Of a stretch of 64,000 nt of DNA, positions 1 to 13,595 are shown in pieces. The first letter of the stretch is position 1. The number at the start of each line of letters is the position of its first letter. The notes beneath the pieces were generated by a model. The model made no database searches and had not been told where the DNA came from. It saw only the letters and a list, made by a program, of their open reading frames with translations. The position numbers were made by a program, and so were the translations under genes. Origin of the DNA: the human T2T-CHM13v2.0 reference genome, Homo sapiens; assembly GCF_009914755.1 (NCBI RefSeq), contig NC_060932.1. One strand, 5' to 3'.

Positions 1-739
1 CTCTACTTATTTAGAAATAGATGAAATGTTGAGCCTTTAGTCATCTTACTAAAAATTACATCGAAGAAACTGAAGAGTGAAAGCACAAAAGTACCTACTT
101 GGTCTGGTGTTTAGATCCTTTCAGATGGGCATGATACTGTTCTATTGAGTTTAGGGAGACACTGCAGATGGTACATCTGTAATTGCGCCTCAGACCTGTG
201 GACAACAGACAGACCTGGTTAGCTGCATCCAGTCGTCAACCACCTGAAATGAATCCTAGCATCTCCAGAAGTTCAGGGACACAGTGTCGGAGATAACTCC
301 TGATCTACCCCACCAACACTTCAACCCTTCCTTGCAGAGCACAGCCAACAGGTCTCTTAGCAGAAGTGTAATTATGAATATGTTAGAAGCAGCTTATTTC
401 ATTTCTGGAAGGCTTAAATTATTAGAGCATCCTTCTTTGAATTGAGGTAAGGTGTTCCTGGGCATTTTATACTCAAACAGAGATGCATTCTATTTTTCTC
501 TAGATCATATAGACATAATACACTGTCATCTCTGCAGTGAAATTTGAGACTCCAGAGAAAAACTCTATCCTAATTCCTTTCCACTCTACTCCAATGACAG
601 CATTGAAAATTCAACTTTAGACATCACTCATTTAGGTGTTTCTTCTAGGATTATTTTATAAAATGTAAATACCAGGAGGAGAATAATACATCAATCTGGT
701 TCATGTGAAGTCTTACATTCCACCAGAATTTAGAAGGCA

Positions 740-860
740 ATCTATTCATTCACTTTTTCATTCATTTAATTAATTCACTAATACAGTATCAACTTTGGGC
801 CAGGTACTAGGGATTCCAAGATGGATAAGATGCTCTTTGCTTTCAGAAGTTTAGTAAAAA
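740..860 (-). mobile_element. L2 3' end fragment
   Basis: ATTCATTCA repeats followed by GGGCCAGGTACTAGGGATTCCAAGATGGATAAGA, the typical antisense L2 tail. Confidence 0.55.
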
Positions 861-1009
861 TCTTGACTGATCTAGAGTCAATTTATGTTAGAAAACAGCT
901 TTAACCAAATAGCCTTAAACATTTGCCGCAGAGCTGAGACCCATAATGAAACATATTCCTTCAGCTAGTATGTCCCTTCAGAATAGAGAGAAAAGTAAAG
1001 TTGGTCATG

Positions 1010-1170
1010 ATCTGAAACTTTGGATTTTAATTCTGACTCCGGTCATTTCTAGTTTTGTGATCTGGAGGAAGTCATGAAATTTCTAGCCTCAGTTTCTCCA
1101 TCTACAAGACGAAGACAAGGCTGATCACATCACCAGGTGTTGTAAGAACTAGGTGAATAAGATATTACAA
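1010..1170 (+). mobile_element. MIR, interrupted by the following Alu
   Basis: MIR core GCCTCAGTTTCTCCATCTACAAGA and GTTGTAAGAACTAGGTGAATAA. Confidence 0.65.
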
Positions 1171-1171
1171 T

Positions 1172-1433
1172 GGCCCGTAATCCCAATGATTTGGGAGGCC
1201 GAGGCAGGAGGATAGCTTAAAGCCAGGAGTTCAAGACCAACCTGGGCCACATGGCAATATCTGGTCTCAAAAAAAATATTTTTAAAAGTCAGGCATGGTG
1301 GCACACACCTGTAGTCCTAGCTACTCAGGAGGCTGAGAGCCCAGTTCAAGATCACAGTGAGGTATGACAGTGCTACTGCCTGCCTGGATGACAGCCTGGA
1401 TGACAGAGTGAGGCCTTGTCTCAAAAAAAAAAA
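1172..1433 (+). mobile_element. AluJ (diverged, small internal deletion and 12-bp duplication GCCTGGATGACA x2)
   Basis: GGGAGGCCGAGGCAGGAGGATAGCTT..CCAGGAGTTCAAGACC is the J-type left arm; A-rich linker; poly-A tail. Confidence 0.92.
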
Positions 1434-1604
1434 GTGACATATATATACAACAATGTTTAGCAAATGAGTACAAAATTCTGTTCTAGCATTGTAAATGCCA
1501 GGACTGAAAGCTGTAGCATTTGTTTTTATCAATGCATAGTATTTAATTTTAACAGGCAAAGTTATTCCTCTTTTCCTGAAAAGAAAATAATGCACTATGC
1601 TGGG

Positions 1605-1770
1605 ATAGCTTTGCAACTTGCTACCTGGGTAACTTTATGCAAATTATTTGACCCTTCTGGACTTCTGTTTTCTTACAGTATTGTGGGGAGGGCTGAGTGA
1701 GATCTGGCATGTATGTGAGAGTGCCCAGCACATAACAAGTGATCAATACGGGCTTGCTATTTTTACTATT
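1605..1770 (+). mobile_element. MIR
   Basis: CTGGGTAACTTTATGCAAATTATTTGACCCTTCTG..GTGCCCAGCACATAACAAGTGATCAATA. Confidence 0.65.
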
Positions 1771-2489
1771 TTGAAGAGATGTTAACATGGAAACACTTTC
1801 TGTTTGAGTGTCCAGTTGAAGCCCTACTGGGAAGTCCTAGACACAGATGATAACTATACCCACATTACCAAAATGAGGTAAGAGAGCATCAGTGCAGAAC
1901 GTCCAGGGGAAGTGGTCACGAACCCGTGCTGACCACTCACCACCAGTACGAAGAAGAGACTGAAGAAGAAAGAAAGAAATGGGTAGAGACTTTCTTAAGA
2001 GAGAGCTATATTGTACCGTGAGTTCCATGTGGGACCGTGGAGTTCTCCCTCACCTTAAGCCTGTGGAGAAGGGATTGCACAGAACTACCTAGAGGGCTTG
2101 AGGAGTACCTTCTTGTTGCTTGGGAAGTGGTAGATTGGACTCTGTCATCACCTGCAAGATCCAAATGGCTAGAGACTGTGGTTTGTTATCTTCCCTGGTG
2201 GCAAAGTATAAAAGGTGACAGAATTGGGCGTGGCCTGTGTTCTCAGAGCTTGTCAGAAGAAAGGATATGTGAAAGCTTCTCACAGACTGTGTGTACCCTG
2301 TATGAAAGAAGCTGATTTGATGACTTCTTAGATACTACCCAAAAGGGCTGCCTGAAGTTGAGGGCAAAGATACTTCAGCAAAAAGATGCTGAAAGTGTTC
2401 ACCTGGCTAATCTAGGTGCTTAAAGTGATACCAGAGGAGCTACTTAGCCCGTATTAAGTAATGACAAGTCTGTGAAAAAGTCATGAAAT

Positions 2490-3080
2490 TGTAAACCAAA
2501 AGGTATCTGAGACAGGTCTCAATCAATTTCAATTTAGATAGTTTATTTTGCCAAATTTAAGCACGCATCTCTGACACAGCCTCAGGAGGTCCTGAGGACA
2601 TGTGCCCAAAGTGGTCAGGGTACAGCTTGCTCCTATGCATTTTAGGGAGCCACGAGGCATCAATCAATATGTGTAAGATGTACCTTGTTTGGTTTGGTAA
2701 GGTGGGACAACTTGAGGCGGGGACTTCCAGGTCATGAGTAGACAAGAGACAAAAGGCTGCATTCTTTTGAGTCCTTGATCGGCCTCCCACTAAATACAGA
2801 ATTTAGTCTGGCTCAGCAAATGTGCATTTTTACATCAACAGTAGGGTAGAGGAAACAATCATATATGCATTTGTCTCAGGTGAGCCTCAGATGGATGACT
2901 TTGAATTCTGTCTGCCCTTTGTCCACGAGGAATTTCCTTGAAGGCAAATTGTGAGGGAGGTGTGTAGCTTTTGAAATTTGTAGCTATCATATTTAGGAAG
3001 AAAATGGGAGGCAGGTTTCCCAGCTTGACATTTCGCTTGGCTTAGTGATTTTGGGGTCCTGAGTTTATTTTCCTTTCACA
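2490..3080 (-). mobile_element. MER4A/MER4A1 solo LTR (ERV1)
   Basis: Reverse complement starts TGTGAAAGGAAAATAAA and ends CTGTCTCAGATACCTTTTGGTTTACA; TG..CA termini; 4-bp flanks AAAT/AAAG. Confidence 0.9.
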
Positions 3081-3570
3081 AAAGCATCCTGAGGAGAATC
3101 AATTCGCACTTCCTGCCCAGTCAAGCAGTATCCATGCTAGCTTTGCACAGGACCTACCAAGTAAACTTCCATTTCCCTTGCTAGTCTTCCACCTGTGTCC
3201 CTCAGCCCTGGAGGAGCCAGAGCAATGTACTGAGGGCAAAGAAGAAAAGCAAAAGCTCCAGGCAGAACAAAGAGAGAAGCCTCCCACACCCTCTTTTCCC
3301 GTGTTAAGTGGACAGCGCCAAGCAGGACTGAGCTGGAAGAGGGGACAATTAACTTTTAATAAATTTTGGAAATATTTAAAAATTACTGCTCTATCATGGA
3401 TGTATTAATTAAGGAATACAGAATTTATGTATTTACAAGTAGCAAAGGACTCTACTACTTAAAAATAAGTGAAAATTCGTGAAACTTGCCCTAGTTTCTA
3501 TCTAAAAGTTTGGAAAAAATAACCCCACAAAGACAATTTGAATGAACTAATGGAGGAAAGAAATAAAGTT

Positions 3571-3867
<297 letters not shown>

Positions 3868-4276
3868 TAAAGTTACTTTCCGATTGCATCAAATCCAATG
3901 AGTCCTGCTCCCTGAATGTCAGTGTCCTTAGAACTGCCCACATCTACAATCTGAACAAAGAGTAGAGTTTCCTGGAGGCGTTCACATTATTATGGCCCAG
4001 TGAGCATTTCAGAGAGACCTCTTTGAAATGTATATAGTAAGCTAGGTGGGTTGGCATGAGAGCTAGCTTTGTTTTTGTTTTTGTTTCAATCACATAATCA
4101 GGTACTGACTCACCTGATTGTTCAATTAAGAGTCCATTTAATTATGAGAAAAGAACAATGAAACCACAAATATCTGGGATGTTCTTAGGAAGCAGCCTAA
4201 GAGACTGACAACTTTTCAGGTACAAACTGCCAGTTCAGAGATAAAACAGACAAATCTTGAAACCTATTTTCTCAAG

Positions 4277-4397
4277 CAGTGACTCCCAAACGTCAGAGTG
4301 TGGATGCATCCTCCAGTGATCATGATAAAATCTAGATTCCCAGGCAAAACTTCGGGAGATTCTGATACTCTAAGCTTTGGTTTGGGGCTTGGAAATG
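4277..4397. mobile_element. MER5-like hAT-Charlie fragment
   Basis: CAGTGACTCCCAAAC..AGATTCCCAGG..GAGATTCTGAT..GGGGCTTGGAAAT. Confidence 0.55.
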
Positions 4398-5649
4398 TAC
4401 AAGAAGTTTCAGATCATAACCCCCAATCTCACCATACACCTGCACTTTACAAAGAATACTCCCATAAAAATCATACTCCTTTTGGGAACTTAAATTTGTC
4501 AGAACAATACTGGACCTTTAAAAAAAAAGCTATTCCATAAAAAAGTGCTATAGTTATACTGACTTTCCATTTCACAGGGATTCATGATTCAGTAAGATTA
4601 CTACGGTCCCCAAACCCAGAGGCTATAACTTATCACTACCAGTGTGTGAGTTTTTAAATGCTTATCCAGGTCTGACCCATTCTCCTCTTCTAAGCATGGA
4701 ATCAGAATACTAAAACCAGCTTCAGGGTTTATTTCTTCCAGAGTTCTCCATTAATCTTGTCATAATAAATATTAACTACTATTTATATGGGTCTTCTTCA
4801 GGCTACAGGCTAATCAAAGTTCTCATAACAAATAGAGGTTCAGCTTGCAATAGGCATAAATATTTATGTTTAAAAATGGGCATTTTTAAGAACTCCAACA
4901 AATCTAAAACATATTCTGATCTGTTGCTTTCCATAACAGTTCTCACGCTCTGCAGCCAGAGGCGTGGGCAGGAAATATTTGGCACTTTATTGCGATGCAA
5001 ACTACAGGGATTATAAATTGGAAAGGCAGTGCATATAAACAAGAACAAAGACAGAGAAGGGGCAGAGGAGTCCTCCCCCACGCATGACACAGTGTCCTTG
5101 GTGGGAACTGTGCTTTATTAATGCACAGTTGAAATCCTAATTACTTTGGTATTATATGAGTCTTCTTTTCCTTATAGAACCAGAACATCTTATTAAACCA
5201 AAAAATGCTAACTTCCTTGTTCAATTCATTTTCAGCACAACACCATATTAAGAGTATCCTAAAATTTCTGCCGACCTAAAGGCTATTTCTGCAGGATTGC
5301 CTAATATGTGTTAGAAAAACATAGTTCCTACCTGCAAGGACCTGTCAGACAATCCAGTTGGAGACAGAAAACAGATATAGAAGTAGCAACAATTCAAGGT
5401 AGACCATTAAAAGTATTACAATGAGGATGAAGTGAAATGTTACAGGAGCTAGAGGAGAGGAGATTGTTTCTAACTCAGAGGATCTGGAAAAGCTCCTTGA
5501 AGATGCATCACTTTTGTATTTATATTTCCTAGCACAGTGTTTGTTAAACATATGGTCCTGGAGACTTCAGCAGCACATGACTACTCAATATGTCTTTTCA
5601 AGTCTAGCAAAGCTAGAAGTCCCTATGACTTCAATTGTATCCATTCTAC

Positions 5650-6045
5650 ATTAGAGACATATCATTGAGCCTTTATTACTGTGTGAGATATTTTGCTGAA
5701 TGCTATGAATATGGGAGAGAATAAGACAGAGTACATTTTCTTATAGAGCTAATCAGGGAAAAAGACAAGAAACAAGTAAACAAATTAAAAAATATAATTA
5801 AAGGTTGTGAAAGTGTTGCACAGTATATAAGCAGGATCATGAGGAAGAAAGTAAGTGGGAAGAAGAGTGATTTGGGATAGTATGGTCAACAGAGTTCTCG
5901 GAGAAGTGTGAAATGGAACCAGACAATGCTGATTAGCCTGAGACGTGAAGAGGAGGGTAAAGAGCTATCCAGGGGTGGCAAGCAGCAAGCATAGAGGCCC
6001 AGAGTGGAAATGGGCCTGAACTGCTCAAGGAACAAAAAGTGATAA
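5650..6045 (-). mobile_element. L2 fragment
   Basis: ATTGAGCC..TACTGTGTG..GAATAAGACAG and CAGCAAGCATAGAGGCCCAGAG..GCTCAAGGAACA motifs. Confidence 0.65.
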
Positions 6046-6069
6046 AAGAAAAAAAAAAAAGGAAAAACA

Positions 6070-7850
6070 AACAGAAAACACCTGTTCACTCAGAATTCTA
6101 TTTCTAGCAAAAATTTCTGTCAAAATTGAAGGTAGGCTAAGAATATTCTCAAGGAACAAAAATAAAATGAATAGTTTGTCAGCAAACCAGTACTACAGAA
6201 ATGCTATATAGAGGTCTTCTGGTGGAGGGGAAATGCAACCAGACTCAGACTATGGGGAAAAAAAAGAAAAATCTCAGAAATTATTAATATGTGGGTATCT
6301 ATCTTTTAAAATTCCTCTTGATTTATTTGAAAGAAGCAAACAATTTAAGCAAAAATTAAAACACTGTATTGTGTATTATGCTGTTTATAATGTACAGGCA
6401 TGTAAAATCTATGACAATAGCAGCACAAGAATGGCTCGGAGTAGAACAATATTGTTGAAAGACTATTATATTTTATATGAAATGGAGCAGTGATAATTTA
6501 AGGTTGTACACTGTAATCTCTTAGAGCAACAAATAAGCAAATACAAAGAAAGAAAGCTAAAAAATATAGAGAAAATAAAATGGAATAATAAAAAGTATTA
6601 GATTAAGCCAAAATAAGGCAGAAAAGAAGGAATAGCAAAACAGAAAATGGAAGAAACAAATAGAAAACAGATAGCAAAATTATGGAGCTAAAGTCAACCA
6701 TATTAATATTTACATTACATATAAATGAATTAAATAGTCAAAAGGCCAAAACTATCAGACTAGACAAAAAGGAAGATCAAATATACACTGAATTCAAAGG
6801 ATGCACTTCAAACACTTATAGGTTGAAAGTAAAAGGATAGAAAAAGACATCCTATGAAAATAAGTTCAAGAAAGTAGAAGTGTCTGTATTAATATTAGAC
6901 AAAATAGATGTCATGACAAGATGTTTTTACCAGAGATTAAGAAAATATTTTATAATGATAAAAGAAGAAATTCATCAGGAGAACCTAATAGTTCTAAATA
7001 CAATTTAGCCAATAACAAAGCTTAAGAGTGCCTTCCAATGCACATCAATAATAACATTGACTATATATTTAAATGTAAAAACCAAAACTATAAAAACATA
7101 AAAACAAGAAATATCTTCTAGAAAAATATAAAATAATATCTTCATGAAATTAGAACAGGCACAGATTTCTTAGGAAACAAAAAGTATTGACTCTTACAAA
7201 GTGACAAATTAGATTTTATAAAAAGCAAAAGCTTCTGTCTGTAAAAGAGACCATTAGGAAAACAAAAAGATAAGACAGTGCTGGGGGAAAAATATTTGTA
7301 ACACATGTATCTGATACAGAACTTGTATCCAGAATATATAATTAACTCCTACAACTCAATAATAAAAATACAATCTAATTTTTTTAAAGGGCAAAATAAT
7401 TTATTACATGTATCATAAAAGAAGACATAAAAATGACCAATAAGCACATGAAAAGTTTCTCAACATCATGTGTCATCAGGGAAATACAAATTAAAAGAAC
7501 AATTAAATACTATTGCATACCCACCATGAATGCTAACATCAAATTAAAACAATACCAGATGTAAATGACCATATGGAACAACTAGAATTTGACACATTCT
7601 TGAGGGGATTGCAAAATGGAACAAATAATTTGGAAAATGGATTGATAGTACTTAATAAAGTTAAACATATATCTACCTTATGACAAGAAATGTCTAGCAG
7701 TAGAAATTCTACTCCTAGATATTTACCTAAAAGGAGCAAATACTTAGTGTTAAAAAAAGATTTTTACAAGAATGTTTCTAGCAACTTTATTCACAATAGC
7801 CAAAACCTCAAAACAACCCCAATGCCCATCAACACAAGAATTGATCGTAA
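6070..7850 (+). mobile_element. Old L1M (L1MC/ME-like): ORF1 end and ORF2 EN start joined to the ORF2 3' part
   Basis: A-rich; AGAATTCTATTTCTAGCAAAA (ORF1 end); ATTTACATTACATATAAATGAATTAAAT (EN start); AATAAGCACATGAAAAG..CATCAGGGAAATACAAATTAAAA (ORF2 3' part). Confidence 0.8.
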
Positions 7851-8049
7851 CACTCAAAGAAATATTTACATATGTTCTGCATTATAATGTTCACTAAAGC
7901 TGGAACTATTTTGAAAGATGATTAATAATACAAAGGTAGAAACAATAAGGTCTTTGTTTTTGTGTAATTTCTTTCTCTTCCACTTCTGATACATCCATTA
8001 ATCAAACTGTCTTGTACATGGATTTGTCATCTTTGAGCAGAAGGAAAAT

Positions 8050-8280
8050 AGCTAATACTGATATATGCCATATATAAGCACTGATGTGCTTACTTTACCC
8101 CATTTTCCCATTTACTCATTTACTCTTTGCAACACTCTGGGGTAGATACTATTGTTATACCGATTTAACAGAGAGGAAACTGAGGTATGCAGACTTACTC
8201 AAAACCATCTAGCTAGTGGGAGACAGAGTTGGGTTTTGAACCCACACATTCTGGCTGTAGAGTCTATACTCCTCCCACTG
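8050..8280 (-). mobile_element. MIR
   Basis: ACAGAGAGGAAACTGAGG..GCTAGTGGGAGACAGAGTTGGGTTTTGAACCCA. Confidence 0.75.
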
Positions 8281-8630
8281 TGAATATTGCCTCCTATGAC
8301 ATGGACTAGAAGTAGAATCAAGGAAGTATGAAAAGCTCTTTCAATATCATCTGGTCTGGTATTCTCATATCTGCCCACCTGACAAGTGAGAATCATGTAG
8401 GAGTTGTTAAAAACACAAATTCTAGCCTTATCCTAGATGATTATGATTCAGTAAATCTACATTGGGACCTAGAAATCTATATATTTTTAAAGCTTAAAGG
8501 TTTGAAGAAACCATTGGTCCCTCCAGACTCCATAGGGTTTGTAGGAATTTGTTAAATCGTTGACAAGCAGAATTGATCTTTGTAACTGCGCTAATACCAT
8601 TGGTGACATGAAACATCTTACACTTAGAGA

Positions 8631-8665
8631 CCTTCCTTCCTTCTTCCTTCTTCCTTCTTCCTTTC

Positions 8666-8696
<31 letters not shown>

Positions 8697-8980
8697 TTTC
8701 TTTCTTTCTTTCCTTTCTTTCTTTTCTTTTTCTTTGTCTTTCCTTTCTTTTTTATTTCCTTCCCTTCCTTTCTTCTTTCTTTCCTTTCTTCCTCTCTCTC
8801 CCGTCCTCTTCCCCTTCCCCTTCCCTTCCCTTCTCTTCCCTTCTTCCTCCCTCCCTCCCTCCCTCACTCCCTTCCTTCCTTCCTTCTTCCCTCCTTCCCT
8901 CCCTCCCTCCCTTCCTTCCTTCCTTCCTTCCTTCCTTCCTTCCTTCCTTCCTTCCTTCCTTCCTTCCTTCCCTCCCTTCC

Positions 8981-8985
<5 letters not shown>
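8631..8985. repeat. Polypyrimidine compound microsatellite (TTTC/TCCC/TTCC)n including (TTCC)15
   Basis: About 355 bp almost free of purines; uninterrupted TTCC run at 8912-8971. Confidence 0.97.
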
Positions 8986-9299
<314 letters not shown>

Positions 9300-9389
9300 T
9301 GAATTCTATCCACTGGCCTAAATTCTGCTTGTGTGGGTCCCTAGCATAAGTGTATTCTCATCTCTTTAAATACATCAAATACTTGAGAG

Positions 9390-9860
9390 TTATCATCTCC
9401 CCTAAGGTTTTGTTTACCAGGCTGAAAATCAAACGGCTCTTTTACAGTGTTCTCATTGGAATATGCATTCAAGCTTCCTGCATCACCTCCAGGCCATTTT
9501 AGACAGCACGTCCTCTTTGTTGATAATTTTCTTAAACTACAACTGTCAAACTGAGGGCCAAGTCCCTACTATGGTCTCATCAGTGCAAAGTAGAGAAGGA
9601 CAGTCACAGATCTTGTGCACTATTACTTCTATCAATACTTTTAAAGCTTTCAGTATAAGTGTGTGTGTGTGTGTGTGTGTGAGTCTTGAGACACGAATCA
9701 ACAGTCATATTGAACCTGCTATCAATCAATTCCCTTAAGACTTTTCTACACACATTTCTGCTAAGCCACATCTTTATTTTCTCTTTCTGTTTGATTACTT
9801 AGATATTAACGTTTGTCCCCATTAGGTTCCATCTCAATGAGTTCTACCTATTCCTCTAGG
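9390..9860 (-). mobile_element. L3/CR1 fragment containing a (GT)n run at about 9659-9681
   Basis: ACCAGGCTGAAAATC..TATGGTCTCATCAGTGCAAAGTAGAG..CACTATTACTTCTATCAAT resembles the antisense CR1 RT region. Confidence 0.6.
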
Positions 9861-10229
9861 GATAGCAAATATAATTCAGCTCATGTGTCAATTATGATTG
9901 GTTGGTTGTAACTGTCTAGAGTGCTCTGAAAACACTATGAGGCTTCACCCCAGCTGATAGGGAGAGGTTTCTATCATCTATTAGCCTCATCTGTTTGTGG
10001 TGAGGAGTGGGGTGCTAGTGGCTGACTCTTCATGTCTGTGTCTTTCAAGCTCCAGCCTATCAACATATATTGTAGAAAATTCAGGGCAAGGAAGGTGCTG
10101 GTGGACCAGGGAGTCATTAACACTTAGGTGGCGTCTAAAACCGCAGGGATGGTCAGATCATGTATGAAGGTGGTGTAGGTAAAGAGAAGGAAGTTCCAGA
10201 GTGTGAAAGAGCAGTTAGTACAGTGACAC

Positions 10230-10685
10230 TTGGTGTGGAATCATTGCTAATCTGCTGTCTCACCTTCATGCATGGGGCAAGGCCAAGCCCATAGGTACCT
10301 CCAGCTCCCACTGCATCTCCACCCTCAAGGTTGCTGAATCCTGGGCCAGATGTGTGTGCAGGAACCAGGTGCAAGGACCCAATCTATCCTGCAGGTCGGT
10401 CACCCATGTGACTGAGGCTGGGGACACTAAGACAGAGTCACAGCCTCCAGTTTGTCCTCCTGGGCTCCAGTTTCCCCCTCCCCACCCCAGTACCATTTCT
10501 CTTTGCTCCTTCCTGCCTCACCTCCCTTATTCTTCTAGCAGGCCCATCAAAAGATGCAGAAAAAACAGCCTTACAAAGACTGCCTCACCAGCTCCCATAA
10601 TTGCATGAGGTCTAATCCTTATCATAAAGGTCTTATTCTGTATCATTCGTAGTGGTTTATTCTTCTCATCAAACCCTGGTATGGA
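10230..10685 (+). mobile_element. ERVL-type solo LTR (LTR33/LTR41-like)
   Basis: 3' end CTCCCATAATTGCATGAGGTCTAATCCTTATCATAAAG..AGTGGTTTATTCTTCTCATCAAACCCTG. Confidence 0.55.
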
Positions 10686-10749
10686 ATTTGGTGGTATCAA
10701 GGAAGCCAAGAGAAGAAAGCTTTCCTAAGAGGATGAAAGGGTTGTTATT

Positions 10750-10910
10750 ATCACAGTTAATCCTCAAAACCACCTTACGAATACTATGAGCTCTTTTTAC
10801 AGATGAGAAAACCATGGTTCAAAGACATTAAAGTCAGAACTAGTAAGCAGAAAAGCCAGATCTGAAAATATTTATTTCCTATTTCAAAATTAATTACCTT
10901 AATTACTGCA
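10750..10910 (-). mobile_element. MIR
   Basis: TAATCCTCAAAAC..TTTTACAGATGAGAAAACC..AACTAGTAAGCAGAAAAGCCAGAT. Confidence 0.7.
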
Positions 10911-11629
10911 CTAGGTCTTTTATGGAAAAAAAAAATAGAGGGAGGGAAAATAGAAGAACCCTGTTTCTTTTGTTTGTTTGTTTTAAAACACCTAATTTTG
11001 AAACTGTTATGTGAAATAGATGAAGCATGGCTGCTCTAGTTGAAATGGGGGGTAGGGGTGTGGAACATCAGTTAGTTTCCCATCAAATTTTAAGCACAGC
11101 TCTTAGGGTGTCCCAAGTAAGGAACCTCAGGGACAAACCCATTGGGAAATCACAACAGTTTGCCATGCCATTCCCATAAGGATAATATTAGGAATGGGGG
11201 CGCATCCAATCTTACACTTGCACAGTGAAAACAGCTCTTCCCTCTGAGTTCAATCTAAGAAAACTCACCAATATCAGGGTTTGACACAGCCCTAGTTAAA
11301 GAGCCTGTATTACTCTATTACTCCATACTACCGTCATTCCAAAGTACAGGATGTTTAAATGTTTAGCCTTCTGAATTCATCTCACTGCCTGCAGGCATGG
11401 ACTGCAGGGTACCAAACAGTCGATTAAACAAAGAACACACAATTTCTAAAACAATTATTTCTCTATTTAAATAGTATATATGCAAAGCTTTGAAAATTTA
11501 ATTGGGAAGCAAATGGCTTTGCATCTTCAAAAGTTGTTTCCAAACAAACGAAATCTAAAGCTAGGGAATAAATTTATTCTCAGTCATTAAAAGACAATTT
11601 TAGCCATATTGGATGCCTGACCCAAGAAA

Positions 11630-11790
11630 GGGCTGGAAAATTGTCACCCTACAGTGAAGATTCAGATGGGACACAGTAGATTATTCTAAATATTTAAAGA
11701 GCTTGTTTATTGGAAGATGGTTTAGATGTATTCTATACAGCAGAGGGAAGATGATAGATTTTAACATTTGAGCAAATCATCTTCAGACAA
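11630..11790 (+). mobile_element. L3/CR1 fragment
   Basis: GAAGATTCAGATGGGACAC..TCTAAATATTTAAAGAGC..GGAAGATGGTTTAGATGTATTCT. Confidence 0.5.
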
Positions 11791-13459
11791 CCTTGATTTT
11801 GGTCTTGGACGTGGTCACTATGGCAAACTGCAAGAAACCTAAGGAATTAAGCTGTTTTTTTGTTTTGTTTTTTGTGCTCTGAATTGAACGTTAAGAAAAC
11901 ATAAATAAATAGATCTACTCTGAAGCAATCTATTCCTTTGAAATGTACTCAAAGTGACTTTTAACCACATATTAAATAACAATACATGGGAGAAATATCT
12001 TTTTGTTGGTCTGGGTTTTGATGTGATGCAAATGAAAATTCATAGATACGAAATGTGTTTTTTCTTTCCTTCCCATGCCGGTGCCATAGATCTCGTCGGA
12101 TATAGGGAAGCACTAACACAGCAGGGCAATTTTTTATGTAAAGTGTTTTCATAAAATTCATTTTTTCTAGAACACAATTGTTAATTCAGCTTCCTTTATG
12201 CCTGAAGTGGATTGGGCTTCTAACATGGATTTGTGGATTATGGTATCAAGATACACAGTGGGTTGGATTAAAGCTCAAACAGTTGCTTGTTACTATCTGG
12301 GGTGGTAGAAAGCGGTATGTATGCAGGGCACAATGAACAAGTCTAGAGGCACGCTTCTTCCCTTCCCTCTGCTTTGCAGTGGCATCTCTTCCAGGCTATT
12401 TCTCATTTCTTCCCAAATGTTGGGGATTGTTGGCCTCTATGATTTCCCTGAGTAAGCATCAATAGTGATAGGTGACAACTGTCGAAGGATTGTGATACTT
12501 GCCTTTTAGCTACATCAGCTGAAAGTCCTAATGTGTCTTCACCAACCTCCACTTTAGAGCTTTACCTGCCACCTGGCCAATGAAAGGGCCCAGGGAAGTG
12601 GATGCAGCATTGGTGGTGATTTTCCAGACTCAACTAGGACTCGACGTTGAGTCGTTAAAAGAAGATGCTAATTGTCAATATCTCCTGTTAACATGTTTTA
12701 TTAAAACCAGATTACACTCTTTCTCTCTTACCCTCTCTGCCATTCACATACAAGCCAGCTGTTGGGTACCTGCGTCTAATCTTCGGTGTCCTTCTAGCTC
12801 TTAGATCTTCATTCTCCCCTGCTTGGAGACACATCGCTTACAGCAGGTCTTTATCTTTTTTCAGCAGCCAGACTGCCAAATGTTGGGTTAAGTCCTGGTT
12901 GTCTGCTGCATCTCTGCAGTATTGGCCTTTTAAATTAGAAAGTCTTCAACACCAGAAGAAAACACCTTTAAAGATGAAATTTCAGGTGTGGCCAGTTAGG
13001 TTGGAGAGAGTTTCATAGACAGTGGCCCCCGAGGCACCAAAGCCAGATGGCTGCTTGCTTCTCCTTTCCCCTCCGCCAGCCTGACACTGACACCCTGACA
13101 CCTGACAGCCCCACTGCCACTTTCATGGAAGATTTTCGTGGGACACATGACGGGGCCTCCCAGTTTAATACAGTTATCTCAGTGGCCTTATCTATTTATA
13201 GAAACATACCTGACCTCATTTGATTTACAAGGTAACAGAGAATAACAGAACTCACAAATTATAGATAAGAGAAAGTGTTGATATGTAGAAAACAAAAACA
13301 TTCTATAAAGCCTAGAAATGACTCTAACTCAAAAATTTCCAAATATATTGAGGCCTGAAGAGACAGAAGAAATGAAGGAATAACATACCTACAGATCATT
13401 TTCATTGAGAGGAGCTCCCTAATTTCTCCTTTTTCATTCTATATGTGTTTGTAACCTTT

Positions 13460-13595
13460 ATGTGTCTCTGTTTCCTAAAATGGAGATAATAATTGTACCT
13501 ACTCAAAGAGTTAATATGAAAATTAAATGAGTTAATATAGGCAAACAACTTTGAAAAAGCCCAAACAGCTCAATCAGTGTAAACTATGATTATTT
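13460..13595 (+). mobile_element. MIR
   Basis: TCTCTGTTTCCTAAAATGGAGATAATAATTGTACCTACTCAAAGAGTT..ATTAAATGAGTTAATA. Confidence 0.75.
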
